Source: Paramicrosporidium saccamoebae KSL3
Taxonomy: Eukaryota; Fungi; Cryptomycota
Direction of reading: 5' to 3'
NCBI GenBank assembly: GCA_002794465.1
Contig: MTSL01000034.1
Coordinates: 1-8,417 of the forward strand
DNA length: 8,417 bases
The notes under the pieces were generated by a model, which saw only the letters and a program-made list of their open reading frames with translations, did not search any database and was not told the DNA's origin. Positions 7,928 through 8,417 of the stretch are shown here, piece by piece (the first letter of the stretch is position 1; every line of letters begins with the position of its first letter). The position numbers were made by a program, and so were the translations under genes.

Positions 7928-7958
7928 GACCAATCAGGCCCAATAAGGAAATGATTGG
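7928..7958. promoter_or_regulatory. Cluster of three CCAAT boxes
   Basis: GACCAATCAG (CCAAT at 7930), CCAAT at 7940 and ATTGG at 7954, lying between the two repeat arrays. Confidence 0.2.
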
Positions 7959-8139
7959 ATGATTTTAATTCCGCCGGATGTAGTGATGCGATTTTCGCCG
8001 TTCTTCCAGGAATGTGGTTGTAACAGCGACTATGCTAAGCGCCATGTTAACGCACCACAAGTGTAATGTTTGGAGCTATTCTGGGCAACGATAGACCAGC
8101 AACAACGCTAACCTTAACCAGCCACAGATGCAGTAGTAG

Positions 8140-8417
8140 GTGTTCTTTCTAAGACTAGTTGTAGTGACTAGTGCTATTTCATTTCTACGACTAGCGACTA
8201 ATGACTAGTGGTCGTGCTTGGAGTTCTTTGTAAGACTAATGGTAGCGACTAGTGGTATTTCTGAGACTAATGGTAGCATTCAGAGTTCTTTCTAAGAGTA
8301 GTGGCAGCGGTAGGTGTTTGGAGCTCTTTCTAAGACTGATTGTAGCGTTTAGTGTTGTTTCTAAGACAAATCGTAGCGGTAGGTGCTTGGAGTTCTTTTT
8401 AAGACTAATGGTAGTGT
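8140..8417. repeat. Minisatellite with core TTTCTAAGACTAATGGTAGC and a 69-bp (31+38) higher-order unit; truncated by the window end
   Basis: AAGACT-like cores at 8151, 8187, 8232, 8263, 8294, 8332, 8363 and 8401 (spacings 36, 45, 31, 31, 38, 31, 38). Confidence 0.92.
8236..8415 (-). CDS. Possible 3' end of a 23-aa-repeat ORF entering from beyond the window (strand unresolved)
   Basis: Open minus frame TTISLKKNSKHLPLRFVLETTLN-ATISLRKSSKHLPLPLLLERTLN-ATISLRNTTSRYH*. The plus-strand frame that shares third positions is also open (8246 to the end: FLRLMVAFRVLSKSSGSGRCLEL-FLRLIVAFSVVSKTNRSGRCLEF-FLRLMVV). Confidence 0.3.
   Translation of the reverse strand, partial: TTISLKKNSKHLPLRFVLETTLNATISLRKSSKHLPLPLLLERTLNATISLRNTTSRYH

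Noticed and set aside
8107-8119. Telomere-like CTAACCTTAACC
   Set aside because: Only two imperfect copies; not a telomeric tract.
8140-8417. CRISPR-like array
   Set aside because: The intervening sequences are short, unevenly spaced and related to one another, the core is degenerate, no cas genes are present, and the context is eukaryotic.

Overview
Eukaryotic, gene-dense, fungal-like DNA with very short (about 34-37 nt) GT-AG introns. An early-diverging fungus or Rozellomycota-type endoparasite is plausible, but that is inference only. From left to right: (1) an MBOAT lysophospholipid acyltransferase (Ale1/LPCAT type) split by a 34-nt intron that the ORF track misses; (2) an orphan signal-peptide protein; (3) a ~625-aa signal-peptide protein with divergent ankyrin-like repeats; (4) a cryptic, probably spliced membrane-protein gene; (5) a near-perfect 71-nt hairpin; (6) fragmentary ORFs; (7) four ~171-bp tandem units that look like a decayed minus-strand repeat-protein gene; (8) a 31+38=69-bp higher-order minisatellite running off the right edge, whose open frames read the same DNA motif in two different frames. 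I found no rRNA, tRNA, CRISPR array, transposase or prokaryotic operon features. All alignments and counts were done by hand.
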